The notes under the pieces: generated by a model | What the model was told of the DNA's origin: nothing | The model's input: only the letters and a program-made list of their open reading frames with translations | Databases searched by the model: none | Shown: positions 50,340 to 59,705 of the stretch, one piece after another | How the letters are laid out: every line of letters begins with the position of its first letter | Numbering within the stretch: position 1 is the first letter of the stretch | Translations under genes and position numbers: made by a program | NCBI GenBank assembly: GCA_963743915.1 | Contig: CAVURN010000005.1 | Span: forward strand, 320,001 to 384,000 | Source: an uncultured Actinomycetota bacterium | GTDB lineage: Bacteria; Actinomycetota; Actinomycetes; JAHEKZ01 | Reading direction: 5' to 3' | Length of the DNA stretch: 64,000 nucleotides

Positions 50340-52928
50340 CTACTGACGTGGTTCCAGGACCAGCGTCTGCGTCGCGGCGGCCGTGGCATCCGCCGAGTAC
50401 GGCCACGGATACGTGTCACCGGTCAGCCACGCGTCGACCTGGTCCGCGTAGTGCGGGTCGAACACGTGACCGCTCTGGCCGGTGAGGTGGACCCACCGGG
50501 AGGCGTCGAGATCGCTGAGGTCCACGACCATGCGCATCGACGGCACCCAGTTCACCTCGTACCCCTCGGCGGCGTTCCAGCCGGTGGCGTTGACGATCCC
50601 GTCACCGCCCGGGGTGGCCAACGGGCCTCGGTTGAACAACGCCTCGAGTGGGCCGACGCCGCTGCTGCCGAAGGTCTGATGGGTGAGCTCCAGCTGGTGC
50701 AGGTCACCCCACCGCCACTCGGTGGGGTCGTTCCCGAGCCGTTCGGTGAGCTCGGCGTCAGCGTCCTGCATCGCGGCCACGATGATCTCGTCGGCGAACT
50801 CGACGTCCTCGGTGGTCGCGTCGTCCCACCAACGCGACCACGGGTCGGTCAACAGCTCGCGCATCACCTCGAACCAGCGGTCGCTGCCGTCCGGGCGCAG
50901 GTCACCGGTCAGCTCGTCGTGGAACACCCGGGCCAGCAGGTGACGCCACACTGCGTTGTAGTAGGCGGCGGGCGCCGAGTCGACGGGTTGGTCGAACTGC
51001 CAGCCCTCGAGCAGAGCCTGTGCCTCCGCTGTGTCTGCGTCCACGTCGACGTCGAGCAGGTGCGGGACGAGCGTGGGCGCGAAGCCGTTGGTGGTGTCGG
51101 TCATCAGCGCCGCCGCTGAGGCGGGAGTGAGCGGATCCGACCGCTCGATCAGGTCGATCAGACGTTGACTGCGGTAGCCGTACGACCAGTCACGCGTCAG
51201 CAGGTACGGGTACTCGGGTCCGACCACTGCCTGGTTCGCGGCGACGATGTACTGCTCCGGCGGGTCGAGCGTCCAGGGCAGCTGACCGAACGGGATGTAG
51301 CGCGACCAGCCGTAGGAGGTGTTCCATCCCGGCACCGGAGAGGTGCCGTCCCCGCCGATGCGCACCGGGATGTTGCCGGGCATCTGGTAGCCGATGTGAC
51401 CGTCGACGTCGGCGTAGAGCATGTTCTGGCTGGGCACCTCGAAGGATGTCGCGGCCAACCGGAAGTCGGCGAAGTCGCGCGCCGCGTTCAGCTGCAGGAT
51501 CGCGTCGGCGGTCCGTCCCGGCTCGAGGGCGGTCCATTGCAGGGCGATCGCGACCTCGTCGGCGTCGGCCGGGAGGTCGGCGGGGCTGAAGGTGTCCTCG
51601 ACCAGCCGCAGGTGCTCGTCGCTCACGTCGGAGATGAGCGGTCCCCAGTCGGTGGAACGCACCCGGATCTCCTGGGCATCACCGCCGGCCACCTCGATGG
51701 TCTCGACGCGCTCGTCGAGCGGGACGAGACGCCCGCCGCGGACGTAGCGGTCGCCGTTGAGCGCTTCGTACGCGAGGTCGGTGACGTCCGAGCCGTTGTT
51801 GGTGAAGCCCCAGGCGATGCGGTCGTTGTGACCGATGATGACGCCCGGCAGCCCCGAGAACGTGAAGCCACCGACGTCGTAGGGGCAGGCCGCGTCCACC
51901 ACGCGACAGCGAAGGTTCGCCTGGTACCAGATGCCGGGAAGGCTGGGCGCGAGGTGCGGGTCGTTCGCGAGCAGTGCGCCTCCCGACTCCGTCCGGTCAC
52001 CGGTGACCGCGAAGGAGTTCGAACCCACGCCGGGGCCGTACGCACCGAGCCACGCATCCAGGCGCTCGGCACCGGTGCGCGCCGCCAGCAGCGCAGACCG
52101 GACCGGTGGTGACGCTGCGACGGCCGGCGCTCGCTCGAGGACAGGTCCTGGTCGCCACCGACCATCGGTCAGGCTGCCCTGAGGCACGATCACGTCGTGC
52201 CGGGCGTAGGGGTACGGCGGGTAGAGGTCGTCGACCAGGGAGCGCACCGTGGGCACGAGCAGAGCTCGGTCGGTCTCCTCCTCGAGATTGCCGCGCAGAT
52301 CCCAAGCCATGGCTTTGAGCCAGGCAACCGAGTCGGCCGGCGTCCAGGGGTCGATGGTGTACCCGCGGGCGGTGAGCCCGAGCACCGCGTACTCCAGGCT
52401 CACCTCGGTGTCGTCGTGCGTGTCGAGGTAGGCGTTCACCCCCGACGCGTAGGCAGTGAGAGCTTCGAGCGTCTCCGGTGTGAGCAGGTCGAGCTCCTGC
52501 TCGGCGATCCGCCTCCAGCCCAACGTGCGGACGAACGCATCGGTCTCGACCTGATCGGCACCGAACATCTCCGAGAGGCGGCCGGCGGTGATGTGCCGCC
52601 GGACATCCATCTCCCAGAAACGGTCCTGCGCATGCACGTATCCCTGCGCGAAGAAGAGGTCGTCGCTCGTCTCCGCCACGATCGTGGGGACGCCGCGCGC
52701 ATCCCGTTGCACCTCGACCGGTGCACCGAGCCCTTCCACCCGCAGCTCACCCTCGGTCTGGGGCAACGACCGCTGCACCAGCCAACCGCCCACGGCGGTT
52801 CCGGCGATCAGCGCGAGAGCGAGCAGTCCGGCCAGCAGCGCCAGAACGGTCGCACCCCACCGCGGCCGCGACCGCCGGCGACGTCCGGGGCCGGAGCCTC
52901 GCGCGTCGAGCACCTCCGCCTCTGACAC
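50340..52928 (-). CDS. Penicillin acylase family Ntn hydrolase (S45)
   Basis: AQGYVHAQDRFWEMD, GVG-SNSFAV cleavage site, LLANDPHL, IIGHN, NMLYAD; N-terminal membrane anchor. Confidence 0.93.
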   Translation of the reverse strand: MSEAEVLDARGSGPGRRRRSRPRWGATVLALLAGLLALALIAGTAVGGWLVQRSLPQTEGELRVEGLGAPVEVQRDARGVPTIVAETSDDLFFAQGYVHAQDRFWEMDVRRHITAGRLSEMFGADQVETDAFVRTLGWRRIAEQELDLLTPETLEALTAYASGVNAYLDTHDDTEVSLEYAVLGLTARGYTIDPWTPADSVAWLKAMAWDLRGNLEEETDRALLVPTVRSLVDDLYPPYPYARHDVIVPQGSLTDGRWRPGPVLERAPAVAASPPVRSALLAARTGAERLDAWLGAYGPGVGSNSFAVTGDRTESGGALLANDPHLAPSLPGIWYQANLRCRVVDAACPYDVGGFTFSGLPGVIIGHNDRIAWGFTNNGSDVTDLAYEALNGDRYVRGGRLVPLDERVETIEVAGGDAQEIRVRSTDWGPLISDVSDEHLRLVEDTFSPADLPADADEVAIALQWTALEPGRTADAILQLNAARDFADFRLAATSFEVPSQNMLYADVDGHIGYQMPGNIPVRIGGDGTSPVPGWNTSYGWSRYIPFGQLPWTLDPPEQYIVAANQAVVGPEYPYLLTRDWSYGYRSQRLIDLIERSDPLTPASAAALMTDTTNGFAPTLVPHLLDVDVDADTAEAQALLEGWQFDQPVDSAPAAYYNAVWRHLLARVFHDELTGDLRPDGSDRWFEVMRELLTDPWSRWWDDATTEDVEFADEIIVAAMQDADAELTERLGNDPTEWRWGDLHQLELTHQTFGSSGVGPLEALFNRGPLATPGGDGIVNATGWNAAEGYEVNWVPSMRMVVDLSDLDASRWVHLTGQSGHVFDPHYADQVDAWLTGDTYPWPYSADATAAATQTLVLEPRQ

Positions 52929-52966
52929 GACGGTGACGCTACCTGCCCCCAGCTTCGTCCCAGCGG

Positions 52967-53320
52967 CTACGCCTCTCCCGGCTCATGGGAGCCGACGTAG
53001 TGCACGACGGCGACGTCCTCGAGCAGGACGATCCCGCCCTTGACCACCTCGGTCACCGCGGGCAGGAAGGCCCGGATCTTGGCGTCCTCGTCGATGATCG
53101 TGATCACCACCGGAAGGTCGTGCGAGAGCGAGACCAGGCGGCTGGTGTGCACGAGGGAACGGCGACCGTAGCTCTCGACGCCGCGCACGACCGTGGCACC
53201 GGCGAGCCCCGCCTCCCGCGCCCGGATCACCACCTCGGTGTAGACGGGTCGGTGGACGTGCACGTCGTCCTCACCCACGATCACCGTCAGCTTGAGGGCG
53301 TGGCCACTGAGCTCGGTCAC
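52967..53320 (-). CDS. DUF190 (PII-like) protein
   Basis: LTVIVGEDD...VY..VV.RAREAGLAGATVVRGVESYG...LSHDLPV; GAGGAGG RBS. Confidence 0.88.
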   Translation of the reverse strand: MTELSGHALKLTVIVGEDDVHVHRPVYTEVVIRAREAGLAGATVVRGVESYGRRSLVHTSRLVSLSHDLPVVITIIDEDAKIRAFLPAVTEVVKGGIVLLEDVAVVHYVGSHEPGEA

Positions 53321-53350
53321 CGCAGTCCTCCTCTCGCCGACCCGACGACG

Positions 53351-53371
53351 GAACGTCGTGAAGCCTCCCAC
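53351..53371 (-). pseudogene. Possible crcB/fluc remnant
   Basis: Encodes VGGFTTF, matching the Fluc GGFTTFS signature, directly upstream of DUF190. Only 7 codons. Confidence 0.3.
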
Positions 53372-53441
53372 GGATCGGTCGGCCCGGAGTGGACGTGGAG
53401 AGTGGGGGCTCGGCGGACACAGCCCGCCGCGAGGGGTAGAC

Positions 53442-53468
53442 TTGGCACTCACCAGGGGAGAGTGCCAA
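53442..53468. promoter_or_regulatory. CIRCE element (HrcA operator)
   Basis: TTGGCACTC-N9-GAGTGCCAA, a perfect inverted repeat 21 bp upstream of the fmdB-family gene. Confidence 0.92.
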
Positions 53469-53489
53469 CCCCGTCCCGAAGGAGCGTTC

Positions 53490-53856
53490 GTGCCCACCTA
53501 CGCCTACGTCTGCACCGCGTGCGACCACGCCTTCGAGGCTGTCCAGGCCATCACCGACGACGCCCTCACCGACTGCCCCAGCTGCGGAGGGTCGCTGCGC
53601 AAGAAGTTCCACCCCGTCGGCGTCACCTTCAAGGGCTCGGGCTTCTACCGCACCGACAGCCGCGCGGGCTCGTCCGGGAGCACGCCCGTCGACTGCGACC
53701 AGCGACGGCGGGACGCCTGCGAAGTCGGACTCGTCCAGCGGCACCTCGAAGTCGGACTCCTCCGGCTCCAGCGGTTCCTCGTCCGGCTCGAAGTCGGACT
53801 CCTCGGGTGGCGGAGCCTCGTCGAGCTCCAGCACCGCGGGTGCCGCCAGCTCCTGA
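53490..53856 (+). CDS. FmdB family zinc-ribbon protein (Rv0991c/Ruc-like) with a Ser-rich tail; frameshift near 53685
   Basis: MPTYAYVCTACDHAFE...CPSCGGSLRK...FKGSGFYRTDSR; AAGGAG RBS. Confidence 0.9.
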
Positions 53857-53907
53857 ACCTGTGGACAGCCGCCCACGGCGGCTCCGTCGGGCCTACCGTC
53901 ACCCGTC

Positions 53908-54355
53908 ATGGCCACCCCGTCCACCGGCGCGATCCGTCGTTGGCTCGCCCTCCGTCGTCGCCCCCTCGCAGCGGGCGTGCGCCTTCGCCGCTGTCCTGCT
54001 GGGGCTGTCCGCGTTGAGCAGCTCCGTCGCAGCAGCTCCTCGACCGAGCCGTCGGCCGACCGCGGCATCAGCATCCCGGCGGGTCAGCTCGCGGTGCCGC
54101 TGCGTCTCGCAGACGCCGCGGTCGCCTCGCTGCTGCAACCGGGCGACCAGGTGGACGTCTTCGCCGCCGACAACCGCTCGGGGCGTGGAGGTCGTGGCGT
54201 CCGGCGTGACCGTCACCGCCACACCCTCCACCGACGCGGGTCCATGGACGGACGGTGAAGGGCTCGTCGTCGTCCTGGTCGTGCCGGAGCAGGCAGCCGC
54301 ACTCGCCGCGGCGGCTGCGGGAAGCGAGCTGACGATCGCCCTCCATCCCCGCTGA
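53908..54355 (+). CDS. SAF/RcpC-CpaB-like protein (Rv0990c-like); frameshifts
   Basis: RRRPLAAG, AVPLRLADAAVASLLQPGDQVDV, GLVVVLV...AAALAAAA; follows fmdB. Confidence 0.7.
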
Positions 54356-54403
54356 ACCGTGCGCTAGCGTGCGAGCAGGGGAGGAATCGAGAGTGGAGGG
54401 TTC

Positions 54404-54814
54404 ATGAAGGGCTTCAAGGACTTCCTCATGCGGGGGAACGTCGTCGACCTCGCGGTCGCCTTCGTCATCGGCCTCGCCGTGGTCGCACTGATCGGATCGG
54501 TCGTCGACGGCATCATCAATCCCTTGATCGCCGCCATTTTCGGGAAGACCGACCTGACGTCCGTGGGCACATTCACGATCAACAATGCGACCTTCAGCCT
54601 TGGCCTGGTCCTCGACGCACTCGTCAACTTCTTGGCTGTGGCAGCCGTCGTCTACTTCCTGATCGTGCTGCCGATGAACAAGATCAAGGAGCGCATGGCG
54701 AAGCCTGGCGAGCCGGCTGCACCCACCGAGGTCGAGCTGCTCGCCGAGATCCGCGACGCGTTGCGCGCGCAGGGTGGCCCTTCTGGCGACTACACCCGAC
54801 CCGCCGGCCAGTAG
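54404..54814 (+). CDS. mscL: Large-conductance mechanosensitive channel
   Basis: MKGFKDFLMRGNVVDLAVAFVIG, YFLIVLPMNK, LLAEIRDAL. Confidence 0.96.
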   Translation: MKGFKDFLMRGNVVDLAVAFVIGLAVVALIGSVVDGIINPLIAAIFGKTDLTSVGTFTINNATFSLGLVLDALVNFLAVAAVVYFLIVLPMNKIKERMAKPGEPAAPTEVELLAEIRDALRAQGGPSGDYTRPAGQ

Positions 54815-54827
54815 GCGAGCGAGGCCG

Positions 54828-54953
54828 TCAGTCCCCGTGATGGGGCGGGACGTCCTGGCGTAGCCGGTCGTCGTTGTCGTCCGGCTCCCGGTCGACGTCG
54901 TCCTCGGTCTGCTCGGGCAGCAGAGGCTCGTCACGCCAGTCGTCGGTGCTCAT
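54828..54953 (-). CDS. Small acidic protein (41 aa) ending in PPHHG; absent from the ORF track
   Basis: MSTDDWRDEPLLPEQTEDDVDREPDDNDDRLRQDVPPHHGD; TAGCCT -10 box 6 nt before the ATG. Confidence 0.7.
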   Translation of the reverse strand: MSTDDWRDEPLLPEQTEDDVDREPDDNDDRLRQDVPPHHGD

Positions 54954-54996
54954 GCCGCCAGGCTAGCCGTCCACGCGGGCTTCCTATCCTGGTCGC

Positions 54997-55895
54997 GTGC
55001 TGACGACGCTGTCCCGCGTCGGAGTGGCAGGCTCGCGCGCAGCACCACCGCGCGCGGGTGCTCCCGTGGGTGGAGCCGCGTCTGGAACGGCGTCGCCGTG
55101 GTGACAGCGACCCGGTCGACGACTTCCTCTTCACCTACTACTCCTTCCGCCCCGCCCAGCTGCTCACCTGGCATCCGGGACTGGGAGTGGCCTGTGACGG
55201 AGCCGACGAGCTGCTCGGTCGACGCGGCTACGTGCACACGCCACACGGCGTCACGGTGGACGCCGCCGCGTTTCCCGAGCGACTCACGACTGCGCGGTGG
55301 GTGGTGGCACCTCCTCGAACGCATGCGCGAGCGCCCGGCGACCTTCGGGTGCTTCGGGGTCCACGAGTGGGCGATGGTCCACGGCCTCGACCCGGCGGAG
55401 ATCCGTCACGCGTCGTGGCCGCTGCGGCTGGCACCCGGTCAGGTGGCGGACGTCGTCGAGGATCTCGGCGCCCGGTGCACGCACTTCGACGCCTTCCGCT
55501 TCTTCACCGAGACCGCGCGACCGCTGAACGCGCACCAGCTGACGCGCTCCGACCAGCCGGACTTCGAGCAGCGAGGATGCCTGCATGCCGGCATGGACCT
55601 CTACAAGTGGTCGTACAAGCTGAGCCCACTGACGTCGTCCGAGCTGGTGGCCGACTGCTTCGAGCTCGCGCGCGAGATCCGCACCGTCGACATGCGTGCG
55701 TCGCCGTACGACCTGAGTGACCTCGGCCTCGAGCCGATCGCCATCGAGACGCCCGACGGCCGCGCGGAGTACGTCGAGCGGCAGCGCAGCTTCACTGAGC
55801 GCGCCGAACCGCTGCGCGCACGGCTGCTGTCCGAGGCGAAGGCCGTCGACGTGTTCAGCCGAGACGACGTGCTCTACGCCGACGGATCGAGGTAG
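54997..55895 (+). CDS. Conserved protein often labelled 3-methyladenine DNA glycosylase; frameshifts
   Basis: DPVDDFLFTYYSFRP..L..WHPG, FGCFGVHEWAMV, CTHFDAFRFFT, GCLHAGMDLYKW, DMRASPYDL; TATCCT 6 nt before the GTG. Confidence 0.75.
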
Positions 55896-56263
55896 AGACA
55901 GAAGGGGTGGCCGGCCGGGTCGAGCAGGACGCGCACGGTCTCCTGCGGCTGGTAGGACGCCAGCTCGGCACCGCACTCGAGGGCAAAGGCGACCGCATGC
56001 TCGAGGTCGTCCACCTCGAGGTCGAGGTGCATCGACATCTGCGGCTCGCCCTCGACGGTCGGCCAGACCGGGCGCGTGTAGTGCTTCTCGGTCTCGAACG
56101 CCAAGTTGTACCCGGCGTCCTCCGACGGTGCGACGGCGGCACCGCCGTCGTGTTCGTGGAACACCTGCCATCCCAGGAGCCGTGCGTAGAAGTGCGCGAG
56201 CGCGATGCCGTCGGGCGCGTCCAGCACCACCCCCCACCACTGCGTCCGGGATCTCAGTGCCAT
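55874..56263 (-). CDS. VOC/glyoxalase family protein
   Basis: VVLDAPD..ALAHFY..LLGW, MHLDLEVDDL, VLLDPAGHPFCL. Confidence 0.88.
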   Translation of the reverse strand: MALRSRTQWWGVVLDAPDGIALAHFYARLLGWQVFHEHDGGAAVAPSEDAGYNLAFETEKHYTRPVWPTVEGEPQMSMHLDLEVDDLEHAVAFALECGAELASYQPQETVRVLLDPAGHPFCLYLDPSA

Positions 56264-56273
56264 GACGTCAGCG

Positions 56274-57062
56274 TCAGTGAGCCCGACGGTCGAGGTACGC
56301 CGACGCCAACCGCTGCACGTCGTCGCCGGACAGTGGCTGCTCGTGGCCGGGATAGGCGACCTGCACATCCAGTGACGCAAGGCGACGCATCGAGGCCACA
56401 TAGCTGTCGATGTCGGACTCGGGGAGCTCGTCGAGCAGCTCGCCGTCGTACAGGACGTCTCCGGTGAACAGGACGCCGTTGGCGGCGTCGTAGAGACCGG
56501 CCGACCCGGGGGTGTGGCCCGGCAGGTGGACCACCTCGAAGGAGCGATCGCCGAGGTCGATCACGTCCCCGTCCTGCAGCGGAGCCTCGACCGGCGCGGA
56601 CGGCACGGTGTAGCCGCGGACGTCGTAGTCGGCGCCCGGCACCGTGTCGATGAGGTAGGGCGGGGCCACGCCGCCGGGCTCGTCGGCGGCGAGGGCATCG
56701 GCGAAGGACGCGGGCAGCTCGGCGGTGACGAGGGTGGACTCCTCCGGCTCCAGCAGCATGGGGGCCTCGGCCACGTGACAGGTGCGCCGCGGGAACGCGT
56801 GTGCACCGCCTGTGTGGTCGTAGTGACCGTGAGTGATGAAGGCGAGGGGGTCGTCCGCGAACAGGTCCGGGAACGCCTCGTGCAGCGAGCCGATGCCCAT
56901 CCCGGTGTCCACGACGAGGTCGCCGTCGCGACCCCGGACGTGCCAGATGTTGGCCCGCAGGAAGGGGTGCACCCCCGGCTCGAGGAGCCAGGTGACCCCA
57001 GCCGCCACCTCTCGACGCTCGAACCAGGGCGCGCGGACGGGCAGTCCGAGGGCGTTATCCAC
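56274..57062 (-). CDS. Metallo-beta-lactamase fold hydrolase
   Basis: VVDTGMG, THGHYDHTGG, HLPGHTPGS, LFTGD, YPGH. Confidence 0.9.
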   Translation of the reverse strand: MDNALGLPVRAPWFERREVAAGVTWLLEPGVHPFLRANIWHVRGRDGDLVVDTGMGIGSLHEAFPDLFADDPLAFITHGHYDHTGGAHAFPRRTCHVAEAPMLLEPEESTLVTAELPASFADALAADEPGGVAPPYLIDTVPGADYDVRGYTVPSAPVEAPLQDGDVIDLGDRSFEVVHLPGHTPGSAGLYDAANGVLFTGDVLYDGELLDELPESDIDSYVASMRRLASLDVQVAYPGHEQPLSGDDVQRLASAYLDRRAH

Positions 57063-57171
57063 AGGCCCAGCCTGCCACATCCGTGACGCGGCTCACGCGT
57101 GGCGAGCGCGCCGGACCCCGTGCCACGTCGTAGCGTGAGGCTGATCGACCGACCGATGACCGAGGAGTCAC

Positions 57172-57450
57172 ATGAATCGCACCGAGCTCGTCCAGGCCGT
57201 CTCTGAGCGCGCTGGAGTCACCAAGGCGGACGCCGACCGCGTCCTTGCCGCCATGGCGGAGGTCGTCGGAGAGACGATCGCCAAGGACGAGAAGGTCAGC
57301 ATCCCCGGCTTCCTGACCTTCGAGCGCGCTTTCCGCGCCGCCCGCACCGCCCGCAACCCGCAGACCGGCGCCGAGATCCAGGTGGCCGCCAAGCACACCG
57401 CCAAGGTGAGCGCGGGCGCCACGCTGAAGAACGCCGCTGCCGGCAAGTAG
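57172..57450 (+). CDS. hup: HU family DNA-binding protein
   Basis: MNRTELV...IPGFLTFERAFRAARTARNPQTG; GAGGAG RBS. Confidence 0.93.
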   Translation: MNRTELVQAVSERAGVTKADADRVLAAMAEVVGETIAKDEKVSIPGFLTFERAFRAARTARNPQTGAEIQVAAKHTAKVSAGATLKNAAAGK

Positions 57451-57465
57451 CCGCAGCACCACCCG

Positions 57466-57503
57466 CGAAGGCGGGGCGGCCCGGTCGGGCTGCCCCGCCT
57501 TCG
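57466..57503. terminator. GC-rich hairpin terminator between hup and the convergent GNAT gene
   Basis: CGAAGGCGGGGCGGCCCG / CGGGCTGCCCCGCCTTCG. Confidence 0.75.
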
Positions 57504-57521
57504 GGTCGTCCAGGGACCAGG

Positions 57522-58361
57522 TCAGCTGACGAAGCGCAGCGCCATGCGGTCCTGCACCGGCGCGAACCCGAGAGCGCGATAGATGCCGGTCGACGTCGGA
57601 TTGGCTTGGTCGGCGAAGAGCACCAGCCGCATCCCCTGAGCCGCGAGCCCTCGCACACACAGCGTGCGTGAGCGCCTCCGCGTAGCCGCGACCGCGGTGC
57701 GGCGTCGGGCGTGTACACCGGACCGATCCGCGCAACGCCGGCTGCCGGCGGCGTCCGACCGACCATCGACACCGGCTCACCGGCCCGCGTCGGCCCACAG
57801 CCACACCTCGCCGGTCCGCAGCCGCGCTCGCATCGAGTCCTCGCCATCGTGCGCCGGCTCGTGGATGTCCCGCAGGAAGGCGTTCATCCACGCGACGAGC
57901 AGGTCGAGGTCGCTCTCGTCAGCTCGACGCGGTGTCCCCGCCACCGCGTGCCGAGGCTCGAACAGGTCACCCAGCTCGAACAGCCGAGTGGCCATGAAGA
58001 GCTGCGCGACTGTCTCGGTACGCGCCGTCCACATCGCCGCGAAGGTCGCCGCCAACGGCACATCTGCATTGACCCCTGTGACCGCTCGCCCGTCGGCCAG
58101 CAGGGCTTCGACCAACGAGGGCAGGCACTCCTCGGGAGCCTCGTCCAGCAGAAGTGGCCACGGCGGGTTCATCGACGCCGCGCCCCTCACGGTCCCTGAG
58201 GCGTCCGCCCACCACCCGAAGAAGCTGCCCTCGGGCGCGCCCTCCACCGCCCAGCGCTCCATGCCGACCGCGCTGATGGTGTTCCGGACGGGGTCGGTCA
58301 GCAGCAGCTCACCGGCGCTCGCGGCGAACGCTTCGGGGTCAGTGGAGAATGTCCAGGCCAT
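57522..58361 (-). CDS. GNAT family acetyltransferase; frameshifts
   Basis: DPVRNT, WLW, RIGPVYTP...RGRGYA, LFADQANPTSTGIYRALGF. Confidence 0.82.
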
Positions 58362-58478
58362 GGGCCACTTTCGCAGGACGACGCCAACCTCTCCACCTCT
58401 TTTCGCACGGGTGCGATCGACGACGAGACGTACTACGTCGTGAAGGACTTCACCGCAACCGTCGAGTGATGTGTCGCC

Positions 58479-58949
58479 TCAGCCGCGCAGCGCGGCCTCG
58501 AGGGCAGCGACGTCGATCTTCACCATCGGCATCAGCGTCTGCCACACCCGGCGCGAGGCCTCGAGGTCGCCCTCCCCTGAGAGCAGCTGCTGCAGGTTGG
58601 ACGGGACCACCTGCCACGTGATGCCGAAGCGATCCGTCACCCAGCCACATTGCAGCTCGGTGCCGCCGTCGGCGAGCGCCGCCCAGACGCGGTCGATCTC
58701 CGGCTGCCCGTCGCACGGCACCATGAACGACACCGCCGCGGTCGGCTGGTACAGCGTTCCCCCGTTGAAGGCATGGAACTCGTGGCCGAAGATCCGGAAG
58801 CTCGCCGTCACCACACCGCCTGGAGAACCGGTGACCTCGTCGGGGATGCGCTGCACCTCGGTGACCTCGCCGCCGAAGAGCTCGGCGTAGAAGGTGGCCG
58901 CCTCTTCGGCGGTGCCGTCGAACCAGAACCAGGTGCTGAGCCCGTCCAT
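58479..58949 (-). CDS. VOC family PhnB / 3-dmu-9 methyltransferase-like protein
   Basis: WFDGTAEEAATFY, FNGG, VSFMVPC..QPEIDRVW, CGWVTDRFGITWQVVP, MVKID. Confidence 0.88.
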   Translation of the reverse strand: MDGLSTWFWFDGTAEEAATFYAELFGGEVTEVQRIPDEVTGSPGGVVTASFRIFGHEFHAFNGGTLYQPTAAVSFMVPCDGQPEIDRVWAALADGGTELQCGWVTDRFGITWQVVPSNLQQLLSGEGDLEASRRVWQTLMPMVKIDVAALEAALRG

Positions 58950-58990
58950 CGCGCCTCCCGTGCTCCGTGGGGCTTCCACGGTATCCCCGG

Positions 58991-59620
58991 TCAACGGCCG
59001 GAGACGGCGCCGACCTCCACGGCAAGTGCGCCCGGCGCCAGTCCCAGCTCGAGCTCGGCGGCCACCTGGGCCCACGTCACTGCCTGCTCGCGGCTGATGA
59101 GATCACCGTGGGCGACGGTCTGCAGGGCGAGACCGTCCAGCAGCGAGACGAGCCGCCACGCCACGGCATCCGGTTCACCGCAGACCATGAGTCCCTCTGC
59201 CACTCCCGCCCGCAACAGCTCGGCCAGCAGCGCCTGCCACTCCTCGTTCAGGCGACGCGTGGAGCGCTGCAGCGCCGGTCGTCGTGCCGCCTCGGCCCAC
59301 GCATCGAGCCACAGCTGCATCGCGCCTTCCTCGTCCGCGCTGTTGTACGCGGTGATGAAGTGCGCCAGTCGCTCGATGGCGTCCCGCCCGTGTCGGCAGG
59401 CCTCGACCGTGCGCTCGAAGTCCGCGGTCGCCACGCGGGCGAACGCATCGGCGAGCAGCTGGTCCATGGACGAGAAGTAGTGGTGGATGAGACCGCTGGA
59501 GGTGCCCATCTCGGCGGCGACGTCACGGGCGGTGGTGGCGGCTATGCCTTGGCGCACCATGACCCGGGAAGTGGCGTCGATGATCGCCTCACGGCGCTGC
59601 TCCGGCGTCATCCTGGCCAC
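58991..59620 (-). CDS. TetR family regulator (BetI-like C-terminus)
   Basis: RREAIIDAT..VM..QG....TARDVAAEMGTSSGLIHHYF, LLDGLALQ; TACGGT 6 nt before the GTG. Confidence 0.9.
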   Translation of the reverse strand: MARMTPEQRREAIIDATSRVMVRQGIAATTARDVAAEMGTSSGLIHHYFSSMDQLLADAFARVATADFERTVEACRHGRDAIERLAHFITAYNSADEEGAMQLWLDAWAEAARRPALQRSTRRLNEEWQALLAELLRAGVAEGLMVCGEPDAVAWRLVSLLDGLALQTVAHGDLISREQAVTWAQVAAELELGLAPGALAVEVGAVSGR

Positions 59621-59633
59621 GGCGTCACCGTAG

Positions 59634-59663
59634 AGGGCTGTTGCACGCCTGTCCAACAGCCCT
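59634..59663. promoter_or_regulatory. TetR-type operator palindrome in a divergent promoter
   Basis: AGGGCTGTTG-N10-CAACAGCCCT, a perfect 10-bp inverted repeat. Confidence 0.75.
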
Positions 59664-59705
59664 TAGGGTGCTCCCAACGTCGACCGGAACCCCGGGAGCT
59701 CCCCC

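Noticed and set aside
53321-53440. Fluoride riboswitch upstream of DUF190
   Set aside because: The GGCGAUGG...GUUCGCC core is absent.
53720-53805. Three CGAAGTCGGACTC direct repeats
   Set aside because: They encode the KSDSS repeats in the low-complexity tail of the FmdB protein and are not an array.
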